A stretch of 63,111 bases of DNA, counting the filler, from Octopus bimaculoides (taxonomy: Eukaryota), in the NCBI RefSeq assembly GCF_001194135.2. It is 7 parts of 5 records of this genome, joined end to end, with 100 filler letters (N's around TTAATTAATTAA, not from the genome) between each part and the next. Parts side by side here need not be neighbours in the genome. Positions count along the whole stretch, not along the records: positions 8,851 to 32,225 come from NC_068981.1; 6 more parts are not named here. One strand, given 5' to 3'. Of the stretch, positions 12,595 to 25,239 are shown in pieces. The notes beneath the pieces are model-generated. The model did not search any database and was not told the DNA's origin. It saw nothing but the letters and a program-made list of their open reading frames with translations. The position numbers and the translations under genes are program-made. The first letter of the stretch is position 1. Each line of letters starts with the position of its first letter.

Positions 12595-12760
12595 TCATCA
12601 TCATCATCATTGTTTAACGTCCACCTTCCATGCTAGCATGGGTTGGATGATTTAACTGAGGACTGGTGAACCAGATGGCTACACCAGGCTCCAATCTGAT
12701 TTGGCAGAGTTTTTACAGCTGGATGCCCTTCCTAACGCCAACCACTCCGCAAGTGCAAAA
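12595..12760 (-). mobile_element. Non-autonomous RTE-related retroposon, family 'C' ((GAT)n tail)
   Basis: (ATC)n GTTTAACGTCCACCTTCCATGCTAGCATGGGTTGGA...CAGCTGGATGCCCTTCCTAACGCCAACC. Other copies at ~15010, 22950, 26340, 30718, 56638 and 61260. Confidence 0.75.
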
Positions 12761-13444
12761 ATGCTACGAGGTCTTTTTAAGCCAAAAGGCCAACTAGTTT
12801 TGGCAGTGTCTTTGCCATCAGCCACCAACAGTGTGCTCGGCTACCTTGTACCTTTTACCAAACCTTTCAGACTCACAAAATGATGCAAGTGTGTGCTCCA
12901 GCCCCAAGGAAAGTGAACTTTCTGACCACAGTAACTCTCATCCTCACTTTTAAAATCTCAAAAACAATGAACATGATAGCAAGGGACCATCTTTATTCCT
13001 CTCAAGAGCTGAACAGCAGGTCTTCAGAGAAGAAATCCCGCCCCCCTGGAAAGTGTTCTGACCCTTAACTTCTCCAATATACATCTTCCTATTTATGAAG
13101 AGTACACAACTAAAATACTCGAGTCATAATAAATGCTGGACCTTGTAATCTGAACAGCTTTTATGGTGATCACACTTCTAAAATTTAAACAAAACCGTTT
13201 CTCAAAGACATAGTGTTTCTTCTTCAAGAACTGAATTTACTAGATACCAACACCTTCTCCAAAGTCCTAATGATCCCCCAAATGGATCATTCATTCATCT
13301 ATAAATGATGCCTTTATCTGACAGACACACACTCAGGCTGCATTATTAAAAATTACTGTGTGGCTAAAATTTTCCCTTTTCATCAATTTCAAACCAGAGG
13401 CCAAATGATGTGTAACATTCACCCTTTAGCATAAGAATTCTTGA

Positions 13445-13770
13445 AGGTGCAATATGGCTGAATGGTTAAGGAGTTGGCTTCCAAACCACAAGATCACAGG
13501 TTTGATCCCACTGCATGGCATCTTCGGCAAATGTCAGTTCCCTTAGCCTTGGGTTAGCCCATATCTTGTGAGATTAGGTAGATGGAAACTGCATAGAAGC
13601 TTCTTAGGTGGACTGTACCTGTAATTCAAAAGGTACATCCTTTTCACATATACCATGTCACAATGATTCTGCCTGAAAATAACATTTAGGGTACGTTTAT
13701 CTTAGGAATACTCAGCAACTTGTTGATTCAGTTGATCAAACAATTGGCACCTAATCATTAAATCACAGAT
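13445..13770 (+). mobile_element. tRNA-head SINE family 'B', decayed
   Basis: GGCTGAATGGTTAAG A-box-like and GGTTTGATCCC B-box-like motifs. The body TGTACCTGTAATTCAAAAGG...CTGAAAAT...AGGGTACG is shared with 54493-54835. Confidence 0.6.
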
Positions 13771-14534
13771 ATCCATCATCACTGCCACCAACATTCCTCC
13801 TCCACTCAATATTGTTGACATCACCTTCCAATTGATTTGTCCCTCTTGTCATTACTAATGTGTTTAAATCTCATTATCTTCATTTTTACATCAATTCTTT
13901 CATACTGACATAGGTTGGATGGGTCATCACACTTCCTGAGGCAGCTCTTTTTTTTGGAGTCACTGCCTTCCAAGATGGCTTGAAAGATACATTTTCATTT
14001 GTGGTTTTTATAGCCAAATGCCCTTTATGGAAAGTACTGGATGCATTTTGTTATGGCACCAGCATTAGAGAGGTTGTCATTTCCTCAACAAGACTAAAGA
14101 ATCTTTTCAACTCAATGTTGTCTCCCCTAATTTACCCAGCCATTACACAAAGACTATTGGATGTTTTACCTTTGTACCAGCAGTAGTAAGATTGTCCTGT
14201 TACCTACATGACTAAAGAATCGTTACTACTCTATGATGTGTCATTCCAATCAAAGCATAGACTGAGAAAGTGAATGGTAGAATCAAGACTATGAGGATAA
14301 AAACTGAAGAATTGGGGCAAGACAGTGGTAGAGATAATGCACAAACAAAATTCTTTGTTCAGAATTGTAACCCTCCCTACAACTTCCTCACAAGCATCAG
14401 CCTGCAAGAGTTCAATCAGAAAATGAACTTCAACTTCACTAAACAGGGAAGTGCCTGTAAAGGTTACAAGCACTCCTCCCCTTCGTTCTGAATTAAAAAA
14501 AAAAGAAAAGAAAAAAATAGGCCGGCTTCAGTTG

Positions 14535-14880
14535 ATGTCAGTTGTCCTCTGCATAGCAGACTGTGTCTGGGAAGATCTCTTCTGTGTTTTTCTGTAATCT
14601 GTTGAAGAGAATTCTAGTTAGGATCTTCCTTTTTAAATGTGGGGACATTTCTCCAGAGCTTCCACATATTGATCTTCCTAATTCTATTAAAGATATGGAG
14701 CTAAGTATGAAGAATGATCCTCCGCTTTGTTCCAAACAGATTGTCCGGCACAAGTGCTTTTGAAGAACTGTGAGTGAAATTTTGGGAGAAGTCGTGAAGA
14801 GAGAACTCATAGTGGTGTTATTTACAGCTTTAAAATCTCCAGGAACTAAATAAGTGTCTGAAGATTAGCTAATAAGAAAT
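14535..14880 (-). mobile_element. Heavily deleted RTE-like LINE remnant
   Basis: KILTRILFNRLQKNTEEIFPDT...QRTTDI resembles RT domain 2 (KILARILLNRL...LPESQCGFR...STTDMI). A GDFKA motif lies upstream near 14840. Confidence 0.4.
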
Positions 14881-15568
14881 GTTACAGGTTTTAAGAGTCT
14901 CCATATAAGGTCTGGTCAATAGTACTTATTACCATGTGCTACTCAACATCCTTCCTGCTATAAGTACATCTGGCTTGTATGAAAAATAACTTTATATATA
15001 TGTATATATATCATCATCGTTTAACGTCCGCTTTCCATGCTAGCATGGGTTGGACGACTTGACTGAGGACTGGTGAAACCGGATGGCAACACCAGGCTCC
15101 GTGTGTGTATATCAAAAATGGGAAAAGCCTTCCCCATTTTCAATATATACTGCTCTACATCTCAGAGTGCACTTCTTTCGAATTTATGTTTTTTACAAAC
15201 GATATATATTTCCCCTCTCCCCACCAACTAAGGACAGCTTTGCGCTTTCCATCAACCACTTGGCTCATCTTTTCTTTTCAATTAAACTACACTATGTTTC
15301 CTGGGGGTAAAAAAAAAAAGGAGGATTTCTGCAACTTTGATCAATCAGACCTCTGATCAAAGCATTCCAATCACGACCATCTCGTCTTATTTTCATTTTT
15401 ATTTGGAATTTTTTTTTTTTTAGATACTCCCTGATAGAACCATTTTGGTTTTCAATAGGATACACGCCCCGTCCAGTCATAGACAAGGACAGAAGATAGG
15501 GAGGTCAGACAAATTTTGTCGCAGATTCTCGTCGAAAATTATGTCTTTCAGTGTGAAGTGTTGAGTAG

Positions 15569-15607
15569 CTTGTTTCTCCTCTCACATATTGTGAGAGGAG
15601 AAACAAG
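15569..15607. repeat. Perfect 18-bp-arm palindrome with a 3-nt loop
   Basis: CTTGTTTCTCCTCTCACA-TAT-TGTGAGAGGAGAAACAAG. Confidence 0.95.
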
Positions 15608-16798
15608 TATCGATGATCGAACAAGCAATGCAATAAGCTATTAACCATGAGTAGGTTTCTTTTCTCTCTTTCGCTTTTTAATAAAAAATAAAATAAAAAA
15701 AAAAGAAGAAATTGTCTTCAAGCTAAGTTGTACAATGTAGTGTACGTTTGTGATCAATAGTGTATTAAAACATATGGTGAAATACAAGCCCATAAATGTC
15801 AGAATTAGGTTATCTAAAAAGGAAGAAAAATAGTTTTTGCTAAGAAATGAATTAAATTTGAAGACGATCGTTCATGAAATGTGTGACACGCATACAAGTC
15901 TTCTTAGAGGCTGGTTAAGGTACGCCGATTTCACAGAAGCTCAATCAAGAACACAATCGCGGGTGCGCGTAATTAAATTTATGAAAATATCGAATTAAAA
16001 AAAAAAAAAAGGACAACAAGGTATAATTAGGAATTTATAATATACAAGATGGAAATAGCGATAAAAGACTATTAATGTCGTACAAAGCGTACAAGAAGTG
16101 GGCGTNNNNNNNNNNNNNNNNNNNNNNNNNNNNNNNNNNNNNNNNNNNNNNNNNNNNNNNNNNNNNNNNNNNNNNNNNNNNNNNNNNNNNNNNNNNNNNN
16201 NNNNNNNNNNNNNNNNNNNNNNNNNNNNNNNNNNNNNNNNNNNNNNNNNNNNNNNNNNNNNNNNNNNNNNNNNNNNNNNNNNNNNNNNNNNNNNNNNNNN
16301 NNNNNNNNNNNNNNNNNNNNNNNNNNNNNNNNNNNNNNNNNNNNNNNNNNNNNNNNNNNNNNNNNNNNNNNNNNNNNNNNNNNNNNNNNNNNNNNNNNNN
16401 NNNNNNNNNNNNNNNNNNNNNNNNNNNNNNNNNNNNNNNNNNNNNNNNNNNNNNNNNNNNNNNNNNNNNNNNNNNNNNNNNNNNNNNNNNNNNNNNNNNN
16501 NNNNNNNNNNNNNNNNNNNNNNNNNNNNNNNNNNNNNNNNNNNNNNNNNNNNNNNNNNNNNNNNNNNNNNNNNNNNNNNNNNNNNNNNNNNNNNNNNNNN
16601 NNNNNNNNNNNNNNNNNNNNNNNNNNNNNNNNNNNNNNNNNNNNNNNNNNNNNNNNNNNNNNNNNNNNNNNNNNNNNNNNNNNNNNNNNNNNNNNNNNNN
16701 NNNNNNNNNNNNNNNNNNNNNNNNNNNNNNNNNNNNNNNNNNNNNNNNNNNNNNNNNNNNNNNNNNNNNNNNNNNNNNNNNNNNNNNNNNNNNNNNNN

Positions 16799-16889
<91 letters not shown>

Positions 16890-17655
16890 CATATATATCT
16901 GTATGATTATATCTACTCACACACACCAATCTGTGTATATAGATATGCAACTCTCTCTGCCACACACAAATGTATATATATATATATATATCGATAATAT
17001 ATATTCATTTCAACGCAACAGTAATAATTTAGAGAGTGTGTGAGGAGAGCTGCATACCATCCAACCTGACGTTAGAATTCCTTAGCAGAGTTACAACAGA
17101 TTCAGTGAAGATACAGCTTTTAATCTAACGAATAGTCGGCTCGCTTGATGATTCCCCATTTAAAATATATGCAAATATAGACGAAGAAAGCCGGAGTACA
17201 TGGATAAATTTGACATTTTGTATTTTATTTTATTTTCTATAACAAGATATAGAAAGAAAAAGGGAATCAAGAAATAGAAAATATATATAGAGATATATAT
17301 AGATATTACAAGCAGGATAAAGCGATCAAGACATCAAATAGTCTTCAGATGAGATGTAACAATATAAATTTATAACCACTTGAGTGGTAATTAAATGGTT
17401 TGGAAAGAATAAGGAATAATTCGATCAAAATACCCACCCACTTGCACAAAAAGCAATAAGCATCATTGAAGAATTAATACACACACAATATAATTTAGAT
17501 GAAATATGAATTTATTTATGATATATTTTGTGGCTGCATTTTCATGTATGATCGTTTATAAGAGAGGGAGGAAAAAAAGAAAGAAGCCAGAATCGTTTTG
17601 TGTAATTTGCTGTGAAATGTATGAAAGAAAAAAAAAAAGGTTGGCAAATTCTTAC

Positions 17656-17700
17656 CTTAAGCCCAGTGCCTAAGACAATAACATCGTAAGTCTCATCCAT
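17656..17700 (-). CDS. GDI: Rab GDP-dissociation inhibitor, first coding exon (MDETYDVIVLGTGLK)
   Basis: ATG in context CAACATGG; 15 codons matching the Rab GDI N-terminus (MDEEYDVIVLGTGL[T/K]ECILSG); phase-0 donor AAG|GTAAGA at the position where I recall the first intron of animal GDI genes. Later exons were not found in the known sequence of this window. Confidence 0.92.
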
Positions 17701-18862
17701 GTTGAGTAGATTTGTGATATAATGTGAACAGAAATTAAATAGGGAGGGTTTTTAAAAAAAACACTTGTAATTCTTTGGTCAATTCGATTTATAAATTGGT
17801 GAAAAAGGAGAATCTCTGGAAACAAGATGGCTGTGAGTTGACATAAAATATGGTGGCTGCTGTAGTACTGGTGGTGGTAGCGGCTGAAGAACTGCTGATG
17901 GTGGTGGAGGTAGCTGCTGTATTACTGCTGATGGTGATGGTAACGGATGTATGACTGCTAATGGGGGTGATAGTGAGGAACAGTGACGGTAGCAGTGGTG
18001 ACGCTGCTACTGCTGATAATGGTGCTGGTGGTAATGGTTGTTGTATTACTGCTGATGATGATGATAGTGGTGGCTGGTGCCTCACTGGCGGTGATGGTGG
18101 TGGAGGCGGTGGCTGCTATGTTACTAATAATTTAGGTGGTGCTACTACTATAGTAATTACGATGGTGGTGATAATGCTGGCCTGTTGCGGCGTATGAATT
18201 GATTTGACGACATGTATAGCGGAGGAAGCAGTTAGAAGGTTCCACAAGCTATAGTGCTGTGAGTTAACAAGAAAGCAGCTGCACCATTACTACTACAATT
18301 ACTAAACATTAATGATAGAGAGGGAGGAATTCTTCATTAGGACGGCTGTGATTGCGTTATGGAGACGTAACGAGGCGCCGTGAAATAATATAGTTCGCAG
18401 TTAGAAGATAATTTTTTGTAACAAATATCGATGCTTTCAGACATCGTCTTCGATCCTAATTCTTATTGAAGTTAATCTTTTCTTTTGGTAATAATTATTT
18501 AAATAACAAACATGTATTCATACAATTGAAACTTCCTAAACGATAATAAATGTAATTGACCTCCACGGTTGTAATCATTTCCGGGTCATTTAATTTATTT
18601 AGCGAACTTTGCAAAATTGCTCAAATAAAAATAAATTAGTTTTTTCGTATTTTTCAAAAATAATTACTTAGAAATATCGAATAGCTTGTGAAAAAAATAT
18701 TGCTTTTAAATTAATATTAAATGACATCATTTTTTAAATTAAAAATTATGTAATATCTTCCCCGAAGAATATTACATAATTTATTTCTGCATTTAAAAAT
18801 TAGACCAAGTGATTTTTAAAAACTACATGAAAGATAACTACACACACACAAACATATATATA

Positions 18863-18916
<54 letters not shown>

Positions 18917-18946
18917 TATACACACCTACATATACGATAAACACAC

Positions 18947-18992
<46 letters not shown>

Positions 18993-19674
18993 GTATTAAA
19001 AAAAAAACCGGTTACCAAATTTTGTAGTCACACCGTGAAAAACAGGTATAAATAAGAATAACAACAAACAAAAAGTTATTTTATAGGCAGAATGAAAAGA
19101 ACAAGTATTTATTTTTATTGTATTTCACAAACATCAAGTAATTTGTTTGTTTTGCATCCTTCGTGAAGAGTTGAAAAGAATGTCTCTTGACAAACCGATT
19201 GCGAAGGCATGCTGATAGCTTTGACAGCGCCTTTACCGAAATTCGGACAGGTTATGTCGTGAGGCAAAATACAACTTTATAATAAATGCGATGGGTGCAT
19301 AATCGAATAGAAAAGCAAACTTAGAAAAACGTAATCGCAATCTAATATATAATTTGACGCTTTAATTAAATTTGGATTTATTTTTTCTAAATGGTTGAGA
19401 TTTGTTTCGTCTGCCCCCACCACCACCTCTTGCACGGTGAGATGAGCAACAATGAAGATCGGCGGAGAGAAGAACGGCGCTGATGACACCATCAGCGGAG
19501 AGGTCAAAGCAAAGCTTGCAGCTCTCTCCAAATCCACCGAAGTAATGCTGTAACGAAAGAGGAAAACCAAAGAAACGTATTTAAACGAGAGAGAGAGGGA
19601 AAAAAGGGGGCAATCGTTGAGAGATCGTCATATATTTTCATCTTTTTTATCACTTCGGTTTATATTATTATTCC
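17701..19674. promoter_or_regulatory. Putative bidirectional promoter and 5'-leader region between GDI (-) and the orphan gene (+)
   Basis: Divergent start codons 1,974 bp apart. Visibly CpG-richer patches at ~18180-18460 and ~19190-19800. YY1-like CAAGATGGC at 17823-17831. No transcript evidence. Confidence 0.45.
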
Positions 19675-19795
19675 ATGGCTGATTCTAACAAAAACCCAGG
19701 GACCGCAGACGGATGCTGCTCTTCTTCTGCAATCCCTAAGAAATCGAATAATCGGGATCCTCCCCACTACCAAAAGCAGGCCCGTAGTTCTATGG
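19675..19795 (+). CDS. Candidate first coding exon of an unidentified gene (MADSNKNPGTADGCCSSSAIPKKSNNRDPPHYQKQARSSM, phase 1)
   Basis: CCATGG start context, 40 codons plus 1 nt, strong donor G|GTAAGA, non-repetitive CpG-rich surroundings. The phase matches the exon at 31757. Confidence 0.55.
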
Positions 19796-20190
19796 GTAAG
19801 ATCAATTTGTTTGAAACTCTTAAAACCGATTCCTGCATTGATAATATTTCTTTATTGTCCTGTAACAACATGCCATAACAAACATCCTTATATTATTGTT
19901 AATCACGCAATCATCAAACAACCAACACAACAAGGTATCCCAACTATCGCACATTTATTATTATTATCATTTTCCTTTTTAAAAATAAAAACAATTTTTG
20001 TGTGGCTGATGTGTAATTAATTAACAGAAGAAAACTTAATTGGAATACATTTATTTATTGTTTTGTAAACCAAGTCGAAGCTTTACAAGTAGACAGACCT
20101 ATGTGTTGTTAATCAACGTTGAATGTTAATAAATGATTTAATTTCTTTATTATAACAATTGTGGAACATAACTTCAGTTAGCATATTATA

Positions 20191-20557
20191 GGAATGCTGT
20201 AAATATTGCCAGTATTTTTCCGGAATATTATAAATACTGTCTATAGTTCACAGGAATATTGTAAATATAACGGGTATTTAACAGGTAGAGTGTAAATATC
20301 ATCAGTATTTCACAGGTATATTAGTAAATATAACTGGTATTTTACTTGGATATAGTAAAATAACCAACATTTCGTAGGTATATTATGAATATGGCCAGTA
20401 TTTTGTAGGAATGTAAATATTGTCAGTATTTTACAGGAATATTGTAGATATTACTGGTATTTTACTAGAATATTGTGAATACAACCAGTATGTTACTAAA
20501 ATATTAGAAATATTGCCAACATTTTACTAGAATCTTGTAAATATTGTCCACATTTTT
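20191..20557. repeat. Decayed ~31-bp minisatellite, about 12 units
   Basis: Consensus approximately GGAATATTGTAAATATTGCCAGTATTTTACA, repeated at a 29-33-bp period. Confidence 0.85.
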
Positions 20558-22008
20558 CTGGTGATTTCTGCGTCACTTTTATTTCTAAATCTTTTTAAAG
20601 TTGGTTTCCAACTCCGATCTTGCTCTCTTCCTCGATTTCAAAGTTTGTTTTCTTTCCCTTTTAAGTATGCCATTAATTAACGAGAAATGTCTAATTACTA
20701 CACTAAAAATACCCTAATAAATGTACAAGTTAAGTGCTGTGTGTCTCTTCCATATATCTAATAATAAACATTCGTTTCCTTTTCTGTTATTTTCGTTTTT
20801 AGCTCCAAGGTAACGCTTGCAACCAGAAACGACCCCCACCCACAAAATAATGCTTTCAATTTTGATAATTTTTGCATAGTTTTAATGAACTTTCGAATAA
20901 TAAATTATCACACAATAAATTATTGGTATTTCATACTTTTTTTTTTACTTCACCTCAAATAGTTATTTAAATTTAAACGAATTCTGTAAGGGAGGGGTTA
21001 AATAGTTTTTTCTTTAATAGTTCTGTATTCCCTCTCTCTCATTTTCCCATTATTTCTATCTACCTGTCGCATTTTAGTTGTTAATACTTTACTGTAAGTT
21101 TTCATATAAAGGTTACATTATTTCTCAAACAGATCCAATATTTTTCTTCATTTCTGTTTAAAAAGTTCCATTTAACATTCAGGAATGGTCTCCCCTCCTC
21201 CTCCTCCCCGTCTTTCTCTCTCGTGCCTTCTGTCCTTCTCTATCTTCTTCTCCCCTCTCTCTCTCTCTCCTGTTGTCTCCTTCTTTCTCCCTTTTCTCTC
21301 CTCTCTCTCTCTCTTACCCTCTCTTTATTTATCTTCTGTTCTGTCTCTCTCCCTTTATGTCTTCCAGTTCTCTCTATTGCTCCCTCTCCACCTTCTGTTC
21401 TCTACATCTCTCTTTCTTTTTTTGCTCCTTCACTCTCTCTCTCTCCGTCTTTTTACCCTCTCCCTTCCTCTCTCTCACTTCTATTTTCTTTCTTTCTCTT
21501 TGTGTGTATGTCTCTCTCTTTCTCTACAATATCATTTCACTGATAACTAAGCTCATGGATTCCCTTGAGCAACACTTCCCGTCACTAATGTCTGTTAATT
21601 TTCCTCTTGGCCTTCTCTTTGGGTCTCTTAAGGGCGGGGTAACATTTGGGTTCTTTTATTTTTGTCTTTGTAAATCCAGACTGCGAAAATAATCGCAAGT
21701 GAGAGGTGCCGACCGTCGTCATATCTGCTCTCGCTTGCATATAATAATTCATAAATTTATTGAGCTAATTTAGCGATTTCGGTGAAAAAAAACCCAAACA
21801 AGATAAAACGAACGTCTGCATTTATTTTTAAAAGTGCACGAATGCTGAGGAATCTGTTGAAATGTCATCCACCCGGAGGTTGGCTCGTCAGTCTGTAACT
21901 GCCTCACTAACTTGTCGCAGTGTCGTAAATCTTTACTTATCCAAGTGACATCATCTCGTATCTCACAGACACAGATGATACATGATATAATTAAGGTGCG
22001 TGTGTGTG

Positions 22009-22578
22009 GCATACCTACACAAGTGTACTCCCCACCCGACTTTGTTTATTCATAGCTTCCAGCAAAATGGATATTTTTGAATGAAATTTTCTACAAATAC
22101 ATCTCAGATGGTGCAGATCACCATTATATCACAGTTTAATGTGAAAAATAAAGCTACTGTGCATGCATACAAATATTTTGACATACATCGTAATTATTTT
22201 TCGAAATTTCAAGTTTCATTTTGTAGATACTATAAATCGTGTATCAAACGAGCCCACCAAGTTCTTTTTTTCTTTTTTTTTTGTCATATCGGATTCCAAT
22301 ATAATCGTAATCTCCATCATCTGAAAGGCATCTGTAGAAAATTTCATTAAAAAAAATACCCGTTTTTCTGAAAGTTATGAGGAAACAAAGCAAACTCATG
22401 CGAATTTTTCGAAACTTCTTTCTCCAACTCCAGGAATTTTCGTTTTAACCTCAAATTCCGACATAATCGAAATCTACACTATCTGAAACGTATTTGTAGA
22501 ACATTTCATTTAAAAATATCCATTTTCCCGAAAGTTATGAGGAAACAAAGTCGGAAATGTGCACTTGAGTTGGTATGC
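22009..22578. mobile_element. Second copy of the foldback MITE (L-R-R layout)
   Basis: Left end GCATACCTACACAAGTGTACTCCCACCCGACTTTGTTT versus the inverse of the right end, GCATACCAACTCAAGTGCACATTTCCGACTTTGTTT. The GAAAGTTATGAGGAAACAAAG unit occurs at ~22370 and ~22530. Confidence 0.75.
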
Positions 22579-22949
22579 ACACACACACACACACACACAC
22601 TCACACACATACATATACCCAGATGCACTGAGAGGAAGCATTACTGTTGAAATGAAATGCTAGCTTAAAACACTAATTGTCTCTCAAATTATTATTTTAA
22701 ATCCGTTTGACTCGGTCCTCTAAACTATTTGAAATCCTGTTTTCTATTTAAACCAGCAGTATGTGTGCATGAGTAGACATACAAATGTATGTGTGGAATT
22801 TATCGACAGAAGGTTTAAATTTTAATCTCCAGCGCCAACCACCGTAAATATGTTTACATGAGTTATAGAGCCAAAATATTTTACTACTTAACTACTTGTT
22901 CATGTTCCACAAACCATATGGCCAAGTTTAGATTGATTTAGCTAACATC

Positions 22950-23330
22950 ATTATCATCATCATTGATTAGCATCTGTTTTCCATGCTGGCATGGGTTGGA
23001 CAGTTTGACTGAGGTCTGGAAAGCCAGAAGGCTGCACCAGGCTCCAATCTGATCTGGCAGTGTTTCTACAGCTGGATGCCCTTCCTAACACCAACCACTC
23101 TGAGAGTGTAGTGGGTGCTTTTTATGTGCCACTAGCAGAAGAGCCAGTCAGGCGGCCTTGGCATCGATCACGTTCGGATAGTGCTTTTTACATGCCACCA
23201 GCATGGGAGCCAGTCAGGGGGTCCTGGCATCGATCACGTTCGGGTAGTGCTATTTATGTGCCACTGGCATGGGAGCCAGTCAGAGGGAGGGGGCTGGCAT
23301 TGGCCATGTTTGGATGGTGCTTTTTAGGTT
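22950..23330 (-). mobile_element. Family 'C' retroposon with an internal ~65-bp tandem array
   Basis: Family C tail, then three units plus the start of a fourth of GTGCTTTTTATGTGCCAC...GAGCCAGTCAG...GGCATCGATCACGTTCGG. Confidence 0.75.
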
Positions 23331-23394
23331 GTCTTTGCCTTTCATCCTTTCAGGATCAATGAAATTACTGCCATTTGAGCCCTGAGGGTCAGTG

Positions 23395-23515
23395 TAATCA
23401 ACTGGTTTGAAATTTCCCCAAGACACCTGATGAAGGTTGGAGGGTATATCAACTGAAACATTGTGTTAACAACAAACATGATGAAGACAAATATCCATCA
23501 AATGTAAATACTGTA
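23395..23515 (+). mobile_element. Penelope-like tail fragment; inverted partner at 24660-24845
   Basis: CCCAAGACACCTGATGAAGGTTGGAGGGTATATCAACTGAAAC...AAATATCCATCAAATGTAAATA is the reverse complement of 24700-24810. Confidence 0.5.
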
Positions 23516-23770
23516 CATATCTATAGATACTGGTGGTAAATGAGTATCATCGTCAGACAAGTGATGTTGTTCATTTCCAGTCTTTTGTGAAAAACATGTC
23601 TGCTCATAGGGAAATATTACTTCGCTTGGCAACAAGAAGGACATCCATCTGTAGAAAATTTGGCTCAACAAAATTCTGTCTGACCCATGTCAAGTAGATG
23701 TAAAAAAACAATGAAGATGATAACGATGATGTTGATACTATTTTGGTTGTATTGTTAAGAAATTTACTTC
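23515..23770 (+). repeat. 256-bp exact direct duplication, copy 1 (copy 2 at 25240-25495)
   Basis: Base-by-base reading shows no differences; offset 1725 bp. Copy 2 starts directly after an N gap. Confidence 0.92.
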
Positions 23771-24389
23771 CTTATTTTAAGGTTTTGTGTTTATAGAAGA
23801 AAAGATTATTATTTTTTTTTTCTTCAGCTCTTTCAATCCTAGGGAGTTTTTAACTTTCATGGAGTGAAAAGTTACCATTTGACAAATGCTAAATTTTGTA
23901 TGTGTAAAAGCAGTGATGTTTGATGTTCCTTCAGTGTTTGTCTATAGAGGGTCGGTGTGAGGAAACAATGTCGTTTACCCTCTTTTTCAGTCTAGCCTCT
24001 TTATTGATGTCATGAGGGAAGGTTGTATGGGTGGATGACATGATATCTGTACAAGTTTTTAATTTATTTATGCTTTAGTCAAAGGGGAAAACAGTGCCAG
24101 TGACCCTTTAACAGGCTTCTGAGGTTGGTGGAAGAGAGGGAGAATGATGTCCTTAAGCTGGAGACCTGGCCTGAGTGCAAGATATTTGTACTACAGAGCC
24201 AGAGGCAGTTTCAGCCAGGTTGGTAATGAAAGGGTTAATGTAGAGAGATAGAAAAAGTACCAACTATATTTTATTATTTGTTGGTAATTCATAGTTAAAA
24301 CATTTGTATCCTGTACATACATACAGAGATGCACACACACACACAAACACACACATATAAAAGGACAAAGCATCGTTCTCAAGCCCTGT

Positions 24390-24655
24390 GGATTCATAAG
24401 GGCTGGCGGCTTCCTGGTTTCTGTGGCATATATATAGTTACCTCCTGGATGGGATGCCAGCCCATTGCAGGATTACTCATTTTTGCCAGCTGAGTGGACT
24501 GGAGCAAGGTGAAATGAAGTGTTTTGCTCAAGAACACAATGCATTGCCTGGTCCAAGAATTGAAACCACAATCTTGTGATCATGAGTCCAATACCTTCAC
24601 CACAATCTTGTGATCATGAGTCCAATACCTTCACCACTAGGCCGCACGCTTCCAC
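24390..24655 (-). mobile_element. SINE family 'E' with a 34-bp tandem duplication in the tRNA head
   Basis: GCTGAGTGGACTGGAGCAAG...GCTCAAGAACAC core; CACAATCTTGTGATCATGAGTCCAATACCTTCAC x2 (24567-24634). Confidence 0.7.
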
Positions 24656-24852
24656 CATGTCTATAGACAGTTCTATATTTAAGAGATGAGGAATTATGTA
24701 CATTATTTACATTTGACGGATATTTGTCCTCATCTTGTTTGTTGCTAACATAATGTTTCGGCTGATATATACCCTCCAGCCTTCATCAGGTGTCTTGGGG
24801 AAATTTTGAACCTGGGTTCTCATTCCTAAGGTATTTTTCAATGTTATTATTA

Positions 24853-24910
<58 letters not shown>

Positions 24911-25239
24911 NNNNNNNNNNNNNNNNNNNNNNNNNNNNNNNNNNNNNNNNNNNNNNNNNNNNNNNNNNNNNNNNNNNNNNNNNNNNNNNNNNNNNNNNNN
25001 NNNNNNNNNNNNNNNNNNNNNNNNNNNNNNNNNNNNNNNNNNNNNNNNNNNNNNNNNNNNNNNNNNNNNNNNNNNNNNNNNNNNNNNNNNNNNNNNNNNN
25101 NNNNNNNNNNNNNNNNNNNNNNNNNNNNNNNNNNNNNNNNNNNNNNNNNNNNNNNNNNNNNNNNNNNNNNNNNNNNNNNNNNNNNNNNNNNNNNNNNNNN
25201 NNNNNNNNNNNNNNNNNNNNNNNNNNNNNNNNNNNNNNN

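Noticed and set aside
12800-13320. Possible Penelope reverse-transcriptase remnant (RVIINAGP...KPFLKDI)
   Set aside because: Similarity is too fragmentary to support by eye; it needs a profile search.
15995-16965. Long ORFs of 150-500 aa in the ORF track (here and at 6109, 24707, 32451, 37607, 44730, 48526, 49233, 51980, 53503)
   Set aside because: They consist of translated Ns and dinucleotide repeats.
17850-18180. Gly/Ala/Asp-rich ORF near the GDI promoter, and similar His, Gln, Thr and Ser runs at 35082, 36459, 42422, 45496, 61567 and 62620
   Set aside because: Degenerate trinucleotide repeats with no splice or homology support.
23115-23325. Repeat-and-spacer look of the ~65-bp units (also 30885-31170)
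   Set aside because: Not CRISPR. The units are degenerate tandem copies inside a dispersed retroposon, the 'spacers' are similar to each other, there are no cas genes, and the context is eukaryotic.
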